A program made the translations under genes and the position numbers. Below the pieces are notes generated by a model. The model was not told the origin of the DNA. It searched no databases and saw nothing but the letters and a program-made list of their open reading frames with translations. A DNA stretch of 64,000 nucleotides from Vicugna vicugna. Taxonomy: Eukaryota. Positions 39,811 through 52,739 of the stretch are shown here, in pieces. The stretch is taken from contig MU058213.1 of the NCBI GenBank assembly GCA_013265495.1, positions 6,960,066-7,024,065 on the forward strand, read 5' to 3'. Positions within the stretch are counted from its first letter, which is position 1; every line of letters starts with the position of its first letter.

Positions 39811-39998
39811 TATAAACAACAAGGTCTTAGTAACAACAGTGTTCTACTGCATAGCACAGAGAACTATATTCAATACCTTGTAACGGCCTATAATGAAAAA
39901 TACAAGGAATACTTACATGTGTATAAATGAATCACTATCATGTACACCAGAAATTAACACAACACTGTAAACTGACTATACTTCATTTAAAAAAAAAG
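39811..39998 (+). mobile_element. Truncated artiodactyl L1 3'UTR with A-tail
   Basis: ctactgcatagcacagagaactatattcaatacc..tgtacaccagaaattaacacaacactgtaaactgactatacttca plus an A-run. Similar to 51120-51290. Confidence 0.9.
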
Positions 39999-40749
39999 AA
40001 TGCTGTAAAAAATATTCCTAAACTATGTGGGAGATCATACTAACCCAGCAATTTTTAAATTTTCTATACAGGGAAACACAAGAAAATGATAATTAACATA
40101 TAAAACTTGAATCCATGTGCATCCCAGGTTCAAATACCCCAAAAAACATCACGGGGAAGTAAAGCACCACAAAATTCCCAAGCAAGTATTCCGAGTTTAA
40201 GCAGGTCTCAGGGAGCTAATTTTAACTCAGCCCACCTCAAGCACTCAATAAACTCCGCAGAAGACAAGAGAGTTAAAAGGATATTATCAATCAAGGTAGA
40301 CTTGAATCTACTCCAGTTTGTCAAAGTAACACCTTTTTTAAAATATATGCACAAATTTGAGTACCTTACTGATAATGATCAATTCTTTGGGTCACATCTC
40401 ACAATGCACCATCACATATCTGGGCAACCCTGGGCATGAGACCCCCGATGACTGGATGAAGTGATAACCACAGCCAAACCAAAGCCTCAGAGCTGATTCT
40501 CTGTGCTAGCTAACACTGGAATAAGGTGAGCACTTTTATGAAATGATGCAACCATTTTGAAATCTCCAAATGCTTAGGAGTTTATGTATAAAGACAAACA
40601 GCAGTCATTTTCTCTCCATTCAGCCAAAAGTTTGGGCAATATCTGAAAATGAATTTTTACTGTCCCTGCTCCTTCGAAATTCTTGCAAAGTACTCAAAGC
40701 TTAGATCTGTCTATGTGGTATAATGTAAAACAATGGCGTGTCTTTTCAA

Positions 40750-40990
40750 TAAACAACTTTTTTGAGTATTTTTCTTGCGCCAGGCATGGTTCTGACTTTT
40801 CTACATGCATAACTCATTTAGGCTTCAAGGACCCCCATGATATGGCCATTATTGTTACCCCCTTTTTATAGGTGTGGAAACCGAGGCTTAGAGGAAAGAG
40901 CTAAGTAGCTTAGTGAGCTTGACGCCACAGTCAAGCTGCAGAGCTGGGATTTGAACTCAGGCACATCTCACCCAATTGCTCACTAGAGTA
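40750..40990 (-). mobile_element. MIR SINE
   Basis: cattattgttaccccctttttataggtgtggaaaccgaggcttagagg..gagctgggatttgaactcagg. Confidence 0.85.
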
Positions 40991-41494
40991 AACATCACAC
41001 TACACAAGGAGCCTGAAAAATCCTGCTGTCCAGAAGGAAACTGAAGCAGTCATTCACCAAAGAGCTGATTTGCAAATTGTTATGTGAGCTTCTCTGGTCT
41101 AGGTTGTCAAGTGAGCCGTGAAAGAAAAGAAAAAGAAATAACAGAAGTGAGCAACTGAAGCACAGGGTATGGCTAACCTACTTTTCCTGCAAAAGGCAAA
41201 AAAAAAAAAAAAAAAAAAATAAAAAAAATTCACCCAAAGGTCAAAAGAAGTTTTTTTTTTTTCCTTTTGAGACAATAAAGATGAAATGAATGTGTCAACT
41301 CCCTCCGAAACCTAAAGAATAATCAGAATTAGAAACATCCCCCGGCAGCTAACTGATGAATCCAGGGGGCACTGGCTCCCTGCTGGACTCAGCGCAGGAC
41401 TGGGGAGCCTCTTGGAGGGCCAGCCCTGAGCAGGGCACACAGGAGACCTGAGGCTCACCAGCAGGGACTCTTGTCAGCCTTGTGACAGCCACAG

Positions 41495-42570
41495 CAATAA
41501 CAATGCTGACAAATATCTAGACAGTTCCTTAGAATTACAAAGCCTCCTGGCCATTACAAGAGTTGGATCCTCACAACCAACCTGTGAAACACAGATTAGC
41601 ACCTAGTTTACAGATGAAGAAATTGAGAAGCAGAGAAGGGAAGTGCTGCACTGGAAGCTTTTCAGAGAGTTTCAGCAGAGGTGAGACTCAGATCGCCTCC
41701 CTCTCGTCACATCCCTTGGTGTAGACTTTACTCATTCGCGAGACAGCAGTAGCATCTCAGCGTAGGTGGGCAGCCTGTGACCTGGGCTCACAACCTGCTG
41801 GCTCCACAATTTACTGGTCGGTGGATGACCCTTGGCAAATTACTTAACCTCTCTAAGCCTGTTTTCCGAGCTGTAAAAGGAGAATCCTAATGGTACACGT
41901 CTCATAGGGTCTTTATGTAATTAACTGAAATTGAATGAATCGATGTGTATCAAGAGCAAAGCAAAGTGGCTAGTACTAGTAAGCATTCACCAAATGTTAG
42001 TCTTCATTGTTAATTATTCACTCACTCAACAAACTTAGATCAGACAGCTCTTCTACTCCAAGCCAGTAGTGCTTGGGCCTGATGATATGCGACAAACCCT
42101 GCCCAAAGGTTACTCACAGTCCTTGGGAGACCAACACAAAGAGAGGGTTGTAAAGCAAGAGGGGAGTAAAACGATACTGGCAAATGATGACATCATACAA
42201 GCACATAAAATGGCATTTTATCCAGAGCAGCCAACCAAGATGCTTTAAGAGTTTGTGAAACAAAATCTTTTAATTCCAAGAAGGATGCTACAAATTGAAA
42301 CACAGTTCCAAATTAAATATTGATGTCACAACACTATAAAAATAGACAAACTGCAAATCCCTAAGACTCAGAGTTGAAGACCTTTAATTCAAACCCAGTT
42401 CCATCATCTACCAACTACGTGACTTTAAACACACAATTTAACTTCTCTGGACCTCAAGTGACTCATCTCTAGAACTGAGATAAAATAACAGCATACCTCA
42501 CAGTCTTGTTACACGGGTAAAATGATGAATGTGAAAGTGCTCTTTGTACATTTTAAACAGTCATTAGAAT
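41495..42570. mobile_element. MIR cluster (- ~41495-41700; + ~41745-42010; + ~42345-42570) with an L2 piece
   Basis: tttacagatgaagaaattgag; ggcaaattacttaacctctctaagcctgttttcc; ttaacttctctggacctca. Confidence 0.8.
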
Positions 42571-44869
42571 TTTTTCTAGTTACTGGAGAGAGGTGAGGAG
42601 AAAGACATAGAGGAAGAGGAGGAGAGAAGGAGAGGGAGAAACACTCCAGCATCTGCTGAGGTCCTGGGCAGCCACAGCAAGCGGAAGTCCTCTCGGGCTC
42701 CCGAGGTCTCAGGAGTGCATAAGGATGATGCTTCTTGTTGGAACGGGTAGATGGGGATTTTGCCAAAATTTTAAGTATACACAACTAGTTCCCTCCCATG
42801 GAGTCAGCCTCCTTCTTATTCTCAGGTCCTATGGACTCTTCTGAGATTCAGGCATCTTTACTCGGGAAACCACACTGCCTGCCTGTAAGCATCTGCAACT
42901 AGAGGCCAGCACCACCTGCCTCCACCGTGGAGGCTTTTTGTCCTCTGTGGCTCACTTCCTAGTTACAGAGAATGCCCCTCACTCTAAGACACAGGGACAC
43001 GGGTGGGCAGCCCATCTCAGGCCATCTGCAGACATGTTTCCCTTCATCATGACCCGCCCAGAGGTACAGCCAAGTAGCACTGAATTAAGCCCCAAGAGAG
43101 GGACTTGGAGTTTGCCAAGTGGACAAAGACAGTAAATGCCATGGGCTGGGGGTACAGCCTGGGGAAAGACACTCATCATAAAAGAGCCTGGGGAGAGAGA
43201 GATGGATGAGTGGAGCCAGGGAGCGTAGAAGAGATGGAAGGGTGGGAGGTGAAGGCCATGGGTGCCAGACGAGGGAGTTTAGACTTCACTGTGGAGAGCG
43301 CTTTATAAAGCAGAGGGACGTGATCTCTCTGAAGAGGTTACTCTGGCCAGGGAATCTTAGAGAACAGACTAGAAGCTGTGGGGACAAGATCAGTTACCTA
43401 AAAGGCCCCTAAAGAGGGCATGGACTCCATTCCAGGGTGTTTGGGAAGAAAGGGGGAGGATTCAATAGCTATTTAAAAGGGAAAACCAACAAAACTTGGA
43501 GACGGGTTATGTTTAGGGGAGTAAAGCAAAGAGTGACATCAATGGGGATTCTCCTTTGGGTGGCTGGATTCATGACTATGGTTTTGTCAAAACAATACAG
43601 AATTTCAATAAAAATATGATCTCCTTACACTAAAAACGAGAATTCTCATTTCATTCTTTGTAAATCTCATTTGATTCTCATATGAATTGGGTACAGTTCA
43701 TGGGTTAGGTGATACCTCTTCTTTATGGATGACGGTTGAGGCTCAGAGAAAGGAAGTCTTGCCTTAGTTTGTGCAAACTGCTAGAAGAGATAAGAGTCGG
43801 CGTCTGCTCTGTTAACCCAGGACTGACAAATAGGTCTGAAGTTGTTGACCTACTCTGATGAATTGGCAATTATGTTGAGATTCTGACACTGAGTCTGGCC
43901 CTGGAAAGCTAGACACTGACTAATTGGGAGTGCCTGCCATAGTACCAAGAAAAGAGAGCAGCAGTGTGTCAAATTTTTGCCAGACCTGCACCAGACTGTG
44001 GTGACTCTATGGAAATGGGACAGAACAAGAAAACAGGTATGACTGGATCCAGCAAATGCTCCTAAGAACATCACTAGGCACAGGTCAAACTTTGTACCAA
44101 GTGACAAAACTGATACCAGCAAGACTGAGAGGAACCCCAAACATGCCTGAGTCCCTCCAACTCTCACTGCTCATCACTTTCAAATGGGAGGTGCCAACTT
44201 CCCAGGTGGTTAGTGTCTTCCTCCAATCTTTGAATCACCAAAATATACCCCCACCACCGTATCTCCCCTGAATTTTGGGGCAATACAACATCTCATTTAT
44301 GCTCCATTAGAAGTCCTCTCCCTGGAAAGCAGCAAAGGAGATTAGAAAGAACAGAGCCTGGATTTGACAACTTCTGTTCTCTATCTGATAAAAAGAGATG
44401 GTTCTCCAGCATCAGACCTGTTAGAAGGATTAAATAATACATGTTGTACATGGCATGTTGCACGTGTTCTATAAATTCTTTAATATTCTTATTTGTACAA
44501 TAAACTGGTGGGGCAAACGGAGACAATATTTAAGTCAGACAAGATTAGGGTGTCCTTAAAGTCCTATCTATAGTAGGGACAGTCTTCCTGCCTCAAGTGA
44601 CCAATGTTTCCACAGTCTGATGTCTGCATCAATTATTTCAGACAAAATGAATCCAAATTATTTTCACTAGTGCTTAATGTTCAGAGTCAAATATCCAAAT
44701 GAAAACTGTTCCTAAGCTCAACTGTCATACCCAAGGCAATTCAATCAACTCAACAAAAATTACTGGTAAAAGTTTATTCTAAAATTTTATGAGGCTCTGA
44801 GTTGACAATTTTTTTCTCAAAGAAGCAAACTGTCTCTTAAGCAACATACAGAAGTTGGAAACTGAGGGT

Positions 44870-45100
44870 AACAGTGGTAAAGAACGCAGGTTTTGCAATC
44901 AAACAAAATTTCAGCTCTTTCATTTATTTACCATGTGGACTTTGGAAAGTTACTCAATTGCTCACAGCCTCAGTTTGCTCACCTGTAAAATGGCTAATAC
45001 TGATTTGAGAGAGTCTGATCAAACTAAAATGAGCTCATGTATGTAAAGCACTTACATAGTTCCTGGCACATAGTAAGTGCTACAAACTGGAGTTATTATG
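44870..45100 (+). mobile_element. MIR SINE
   Basis: gcctcagtttgctcacctgtaaaatgg..tgtaaagcacttacatagttcctggcacatagtaagtgct. Confidence 0.85.
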
Positions 45101-45995
45101 TCAGTGAATGAAAGCAACAGGAAAAAGATGACAAAGCTTACCAACACACTGACTAGCATCAACTGACATGACCTTGCCTCTCCAATGCAGTTACCTGATT
45201 ATAACATTAACATGTAAAGTACAGACTTCTAGAAAATAAGTTCCATCTAGTCTATCTATATGTGGTAATGGATGTAACAAATATCAAAGTGAGGAGCGGG
45301 AATTCAGATCAAGTTGGTCCAAACATCTTCGTGTTGTGTAAGCACCATTAAATATTTTTAAATTATTTGATGGGGGGATCATCATTTTCTGTATAACATA
45401 GCAAATTAAAGTTCTTGTTTGACACAGGAAAACCCACTCAGTCAGAGGAATTAAGAAACTAATAAAACGACTACTCTTCAAGCCCTTAGTACATACTTAG
45501 CCTAGTTCTAGGCATGACATGGAGAGAAAAAAGTATAAAATATGGCTCATATGGCTCCAATGTATGGTTTATAATCTCACACTGACAATGTGATTGGGTA
45601 TTGGGATTCCACTCAAAAGCCAAAATCAATGACGAAAGTCAAGGGCCAGCAGCCAGGGTTCACCCCACAACCAGAGGGGTGACAGAGCATTGAGCTAATA
45701 TTTGGAAAGAACCAGATTTACCACCCATTATCAGAAATAAAAAAAAAAAAAGAAGAAGAAGAAATATTCGGTTAGGAAAGGAGTCCTTCTGAGAAGAAAA
45801 GAAGCCGTTTTCTGACAGTCTCAGGCCATGGACCATGGCTGAAGAGAACCTTACCTACATCCTCTGGGCTGTTTTATCTCTGTTGGCACCATTTATTTAT
45901 TTTTTTTACAGGCAAATGAAAGGAAATACTTGTTCTCATAAAGAATCCCACCGTTGAAACTTTCAGAAATCACCTCCCTGCCACTATCACAATCA

Positions 45996-45996
<1 letters not shown>

Positions 45997-46026
<30 letters not shown>
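45997..46026 (+). repeat. (CA)15 microsatellite
   Basis: Directly visible. Confidence 0.97.
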
Positions 46027-46028
<2 letters not shown>

Positions 46029-47829
46029 TACAAATGCAGCTGTAGGATTCTCCCTAATTCCTGGGACCCTTTGGAGGCCTCTGCAATACCATATGTGGGG
46101 CTCTGGTTACAACTTGGACCAAGTTTTCCTTGAGAACCTACGGCTACACTCCCAAGTAGGCAGCATTCCCCCACCCTACTCTGTCCAGCTATCCAGAAAA
46201 TCCATGTGCCAACCCCACCCCCCCCAGAACAAAAGGGCTTCCAGGATGTTTCACAGGCTCTCCTCTGTGGGTTTGAAATTATCCACAGTGGTGCCAAAGG
46301 TAAGGCATTTCTAGAGGTTTCTTTTTTTTTTTCCTTTTTTCTTTGTTTTATTACAGTTCTGGGTGTTTTTTATTTTTTATTTTTTGTTCCCGCTCCCTCT
46401 CCCTCTTGTGGTATCTATTTGTGGCCTACAGCAATCACTTTAGACTTTTTAGACACGTCCGGATAGAGATAGATGACACAAGTGATCTACTTATCTTCCT
46501 TTCCCATCACCAATAAAAGTGACAGCCCGCCTAATTAGGCCTAATAAAGCAGCCGCAGCAAGAGTGGCGCCGCAGCGATCTGAAGAGGGATGGCGCTGAC
46601 CCGGAGATACAGGTGCTGCCTTAAGGCATTGCTGCTGTTACTTTATCTCCAGTACATTACAGCTCGGCTCATGCCATATTCAAATGCAAGTAGCATGTTT
46701 TTCTCCTCGATTCTCAGATCAAGAACAAAAAAAAAGGAAAAAAACCCATCCCATCTAATCAAAAAAGGCACTGACAATTTTTCAGCCCCACATTAAAAGC
46801 AAAGAGTCATTCGGAACAGTGCACTCCATATTCTATTTTATAATATCACTTTAAGCTATTGCTTTGAATCTCAGACATTTCTTTGTTAAGAAGGAAAATC
46901 AAAAATTCATCAGAAGAAGTTCTTTTTTCCCCCTTCTCTTTCGCTCTCTCTTTTTTTTTTCTTCCAGGGCTGCATGGGGTTTGGAGCTGGAACCAACATT
47001 TGTAGAAGTTAGGAGTCCTTAAGCAATTATTGGCGATGAGAGTTTGACACGCGGGAGAGTTGTCAACAACTGACTTTAAACAAAGTGGAAGGAAAGAGAA
47101 GTAAACGGTGCTCTCAGCAAAATTAATATACAGGCCTGCAAATTAATGATGCCGTGTATTTTTTAAACAAGGGGAAGAAATCTGAACTTTGCATGAAACA
47201 GCATTTTAAGCACATCTTTGCAAAAATTATCAGATTGTCAAAGGGCATCAAAGTGAATTGAGTCTGCAACTATTCATAATATTTCCACATATGCTAAATG
47301 CAAAATTTATCTTACTTTATTCGCCTATTCCATGGCAATTATTTAAAGCTATTAGAAAGGGGAAAGTGTCCTTGATCTGAAGTGCCAGTGCTTGTTCTAC
47401 AGCATTTATTTTAAGAAACATAACCCCCATCTTACCCACATATGCATGCGCCCATGCACATGCACATGTGCGCGCGCGCACACACACAGACACACACAAA
47501 TACACATTCTCTGCTACTTACTACTGGCCAGATGCTTCTTGGCCTGAGAATCCCAATAACTTATTCCTGAAAATAACCCATTGGCTTGATTGCTACATGT
47601 ATGCAAATAAATTTCCCCAATCTCTACTTTCAACTAGTAGTTCTAACCTTCTTCTTCTATAACCAGAAAGAATCCCATGATCTTCCCACCCTTGTCCAAC
47701 GTGAACCCTCTTCAGATATTCCTCTTCTCCAACGCTCCCTCATTACCAAGGGTGCTTACAGCTCCCCTGCTGATAAGCAGTGATCCATCCCAACTCCTCT
47801 CTCTCTGCCGTGTTCTCCAAGATAAGGAC

Positions 47830-48990
47830 AATGTGTGTGACAGTCATGGCCATCATCTACAGAGGGTCTGCCAGGTGTTATGCACGATGACATATATGAC
47901 ATGCGCTAGTTAATTACCCTAACAATTCTGTGGAAGAAGCACATTTTTCCCACCTGTTCTAACCCGTGAGGGATCTTCGGAAGTAATGCAATCTGTGCCA
48001 GGCTACACAGCCAGTAAGTGGCAGAACTGGAATTCGTGCCTGCTGACCATTATGACAGATCTGTTACAATGGGACGGAGGGGCTCTGGAATCAGTGACCA
48101 AGTTGTCTCATTTCATTGTGTGCATGCTCACAATTATGCACCCCAGTCACTTCTCCTGAACAGTGGGATGGGCCATTGTCTGAGTTTCTCAGCTGTAGCA
48201 TCCATGCAAATCTATCATGTCATAAGAGCAATCCCCGTTTCCTCACATATAACATTCCTGGCTCTGCCCGCTATCAGCTGGCTAACACTGGGAGACTGAC
48301 TTACCTTCCCTTGAGTCCCAGTTCCCATTCTATGAAAGGGGATATATGAAGTCCTGGTCGGGATCAGAGAAGCTGCATGGGGAGGGCCTGACATAATCCC
48401 TGCCATCCAGCAAGCTCTACTAAGAGCAACTGCTACTGTTACTGTCATTTCTTTCTTCATGCATGCCTCACAACTCCTTGGAGGAGCTTATAAGGCCTTC
48501 TGGGAGGTCAGTGTCAAAGGAGGGTCAGATTGGGCTTAGAATTTCACAGCCTTAACTGGATTGCTGAGTTGGCCATTTATTACTTTGTGATGTTGGGCAA
48601 ATCACATTTCTCTCTCTCAGTTTTACCAACAGTAAAAATGGGTATGACAAAACTGATGGACTGCTCAGAGCTGGTCAGAGTTCTAAATGTGAGAGCAGAG
48701 AGGGCGCTCCTAGCACCACATGTGACATACAGATCCTCCCAATGAGCCAGAAAGGAGCTGCTGTAACACCGCCTGTCTTCCACGCCAGGCACGTGCTAAG
48801 TGCTTCACATTCATCCTCTGGTCTAACCCCCCACAACATCCCTATGAGGGCACTCCCAGAATCTCTGTTTTTAGATGAGAAAATTGAGGCTTAGGAAGGT
48901 CATGTAACTTCCCCAAATCCCACAGCAAGAAAGTAGAAGGGCTGGGATTTTAACCTAAGCAGCCTCCCTCCAGAAACAGCTCTCCAAGTC
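47830..48990. mobile_element. MIR cluster (- ~47830-48050; + ~48520-48720; - ~48765-48990)
   Basis: MIR core motifs, e.g. tttagatgagaaaattgaggcttagg..gtaacttccccaa..ggctgggattttaacc. Confidence 0.75.
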
Positions 48991-49824
48991 TTCTTAGATA
49001 ATGAGATCCTTTTTCCTCCTTCTGTGAAGACCTCACTGACTAGCAGTCCCAATCCTGCCCCTACCAAGTCACAACACACACGCAGCTTCTAAACTCAGTC
49101 ATACCGGGAATCCCTCCAAGTACACACCTACTGTGGGCATGTGCACACATTCTATCACTTGCATTTCTGTACACCCCTCTCTTCTGTCATACAGCTGCCC
49201 CAAATTTCCTCAAGCACCATGATCATGCCTTTTATTTCCCTTGCTTCTCACTAGAGCTCATATCCAAGCAGAAAGCATTTAGTAAAAGGTGTCCATGGAG
49301 CCAATGTGGGCCAGGATTGGTACCATCACAAGAGGGACGACTCATATATGCCAGAGGCTCTTCCTCAATTTAAAGACAGAACACCCAGCTGCAAAGACAC
49401 AGCATTTCTGCATGAACTCCAAACCATCTTCATGTGGCTCACAACGGCCACCTCACTGGGGAGGGCAACCTCACAGGAGCATCAACCATCAGGAAAACTC
49501 CTGTGGTTTTGGCATCCTTGCGTACAATGGGAGAAAAAAGGTTTCAAATCTTTTCTAACATGCGATTTCAGTTGTATGCTGAATCTGAAGTCTTTGCAAG
49601 GACTTCCTCAGGACCGTACGCAGATGTGGCCCCTGAGTGTCAAGTGGCAGCGTCTTGAACTTTGGAGCCAGAGACAGCTGGATTCCTGTCTTGCCGGGTC
49701 ACCTACTGGTGGCAGCTTTGGGCAAGTTACTCAATATCCTGAGACAGAGTTTCTCATCTGGAAAATGGGCACTACAATATATAGTTTCCAAGATTGTTTT
49801 AAGGATTAACATTCAATGTAAGAT

Positions 49825-50118
49825 TTTTAAAACATTTTGCTTAATGAGAGAAGCCAGCCACAAAATAGAGTATTCTCTACGGTTTCAGCACATGAAGCTC
49901 AGTAACAGGCGAAACAGACCAGGCCTCAAGAAATCAGAACTGTTGTTGCTTCCAGGCCGAGTTCAGGGATTGACTGGGAAGGACCCAACAGAACTTCTGG
50001 GAGGTGACAGAAGTTTTCTCTAGTTTAATTAGAGTGTTGGTTACACGGGTGTCAAAATTCATCACATTGTACTCTTAAGATGTGTGCACTTTAACGTATA
50101 AAAATAACACTCAACTAA
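49825..50118 (+). mobile_element. L1ME/MB-type 3' end, preceded by a MIR at ~49645-49810
   Basis: gcttaatgagagaagccag..gattgactgggaagg..gtcaaaattcatcacattgtactcttaagatgtgtgcacttt. Confidence 0.8.
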
Positions 50119-50430
50119 GAAAGAGATAAAATAAAATGAGATATTTATATAAAATTAGCAAGAGCCAGGCAAACAATGGATGCTGTATTTCAAACATTCG
50201 GTAACAATTTAATAAGTGCCCACTAAGTGCCACACACTGTGCTTGGTGATGGAAATAGCATGGCAGGTAGTAAGTAAGTAAGTGAGTGAGTGAGTAAATA
50301 AATAAATAAATAACATGGTAGTAAGTCATTACTATCATTTACATGGTATCCTTAACTCTTCTTGTTTAAGAGAGTGGCTGGGTATGGATGGTATACTACA
50401 GGGCACGGATATTAAAAGAGCAGAGGCTGA

Positions 50431-51325
50431 TCAGTATTGCTAATTAACAGAGAAATGCAAATCAAAACTACAATGAGGTACCACCTGGTACCAGTCAGAA
50501 TGGCCATCATTTAAAAGTCCCAAAACAATAAATGCTGGAGAGGGTGTGGAGAAAGGGGAACCCTCCTACACTGTTGGTGGGAATGTAGTTTGGTGCAGTC
50601 ATAACGGGAAATAGTACGGAGACTCTTTTAAAAACTAAAAACAGATTTACCATATGTTTCAGCAATCCCACTCCTGGGCATATATCTGGAGGGAATTCTA
50701 ATTTGAAAAGATACATGCACCCCAATGTTCACAGCAGCATTATTTACAATAGCCATGACATGTGAACAACCTAAATGTCCACTGACAGATGACTAGATAA
50801 AGAAGATGTGGTACATACATACAATGGAATACTACTCAGCCATAAAAGAAAAGGAAATAATGCCATTTGCAGCAACATGGATGGACTTGGAGATCATCAT
50901 TCTAAGTGCAGCAAGCCAGAAAGAAAAATAATATCATATGATATCACTTGTATGTGGAATCCAAAAAAATAAAAGGACACAAATGAACTTATTTACAAAA
51001 CAGAAACAAGACTCACAGACATACAGAACAAACTTATGGTTACCAGGGGGAAAGAGGGTGGGAAGGGATAAATTGGGAGTTCGAGATTTGCAAATACTAA
51101 CTACTATATATAAAAGAAACATGTTTCTACCATAGAGCACAAGAAAATATATTCAATATCTTGTAGTAATCTATACTGAAAAAGAACATGAAAATAAATG
51201 TATGTATGTATATGTATGACTGAACTATTATGCTGTACACCAGAAACTGACACAACATTGTAAACTGACTACACTTCAGTTTAAAAAGAGAGAAAAATCT
51301 GAAAAAAAGATTCCCCTCCAAAAAA
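50431..51325 (+). mobile_element. 5'-truncated artiodactyl L1 (ORF2 C-terminus and 3'UTR), an older relative of the intact element
   Basis: Alignable to 59061-59600 (agagaaatgcaaatcaaaactacaatgagg...). Different 3'UTR. Degenerate TSD aaagagcagaggctga / ataaagctaaggctga. Confidence 0.95.
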
Positions 51326-52739
51326 ATAAAGCTAAGGCTGAAAGCCAGCTAAGCCTAAGGGCAGGTACTAGGGAGTAAAAACCATGCTATGGAAATGGGT
51401 ACCATCAGAAGAGCAGAAACTAGAAGGGAAGGATGGTCATAGGTAATGGAGGGGAGTCCAGGTAAGCCTTAGCAACAGAAGGGAGAAAGGAGGATGCCCT
51501 GACAGGCAGGCAGAACACACTGCCGTGTGCCACTGATGCTTACGGAAAGTCCTTGAGCAGGTACAGGGCCCCATCATAGAGCAGGCACCCATTTACCTAA
51601 CCACTGGTTAAGGTGAGGTCTGGCAATGAGACTGGTCCAGGTACCAGCCTGGGGCAGCCTAACCTACTGCTGACTGATTCTGAGTTGAACTACAAGTCCA
51701 TGCTTGCCTCCTCTGTGAGGCTGGAGCAGGAGAAGACAAAGGATCCCATGTGTGGGGAGAGAAGAGACATGGTATCAGGGCACCAAGCAGGTCCTGACAG
51801 CTCCCAGGCTTTGAAGGCAAACATCCGATCTGCGAGAAGAGCCACTGGTCAATCGCATATTATGCTCAGACTGACCATGAAATTCCATGGGGATGTTAAC
51901 TTATCTAGGGACTTGCATTAGGGTTCCTGACATAGGTGTTCTATGTTCAAACCCTAAATGGTCACTTCGGACTCAGATAGACCTGGGTTTAACATCAGCT
52001 CTGACTTGACCTTAAGGTTCTCCTCAGGAAATGGAGATCATAATGGAATCTCCCTCTTTAGGCTATTAAGAACATTCAGAGAGATAATGTCTATAAAATT
52101 CCTAATAGTACCTGACACACAGCAAGTGCCCAATCATGTGAAGCACTGTCATGAAGAGCTGAGTGATAATTCAAGGAAGAGGGGCCAGCACACAATGAGA
52201 TGTGCTTTAGTTTAGTGAAACGTAAATGGCAACAATGTTGGGGTTGTCACTCACATTGTTTTATTCAGACCACCAATGCATACAACCAAAAAGGAGAATT
52301 TTCCACCCTAAAAATACCAGCTAGTTTACCCTGCATTCTAACAGTAGGAATCTCTAGTCTAGTATCTTCTAAATTTCCTAGAGTCAATGTTCATAATGAT
52401 AGAACTATGACCAAGAAAATTCTGAGATGCCTGATCCTGAACAGAATTTGTTCGTGTCTCTAGTTGCAATCTTGTTGTGAGTGAAATGGCAATACATTTT
52501 GGTGTCAACAGAGTAAGAACTCCGTTTTTTGATCATTCAAGATAACTGAGTTCACCATCAAATGGAGAAGACACAACCACAGAAGGCTCAAATTTTCAGC
52601 ATCAGTTGACAACTGTTTTAACATGACTCAGTTGTTCATCAGCTCTGATTTTCGTCAGCTAGAAAATTTTGAGAAAAATTGGGAAACCCAGCTTAGATAC
52701 ACAGAATAGAATAGTTTTGTTTAACATGGGGTGACGATG

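Noticed and set aside
41190..41270. A-tract/T-tract inverted repeat resembling a terminator hairpin
   Set aside because: Low-complexity homopolymers in a mammalian genome, with no functional evidence.
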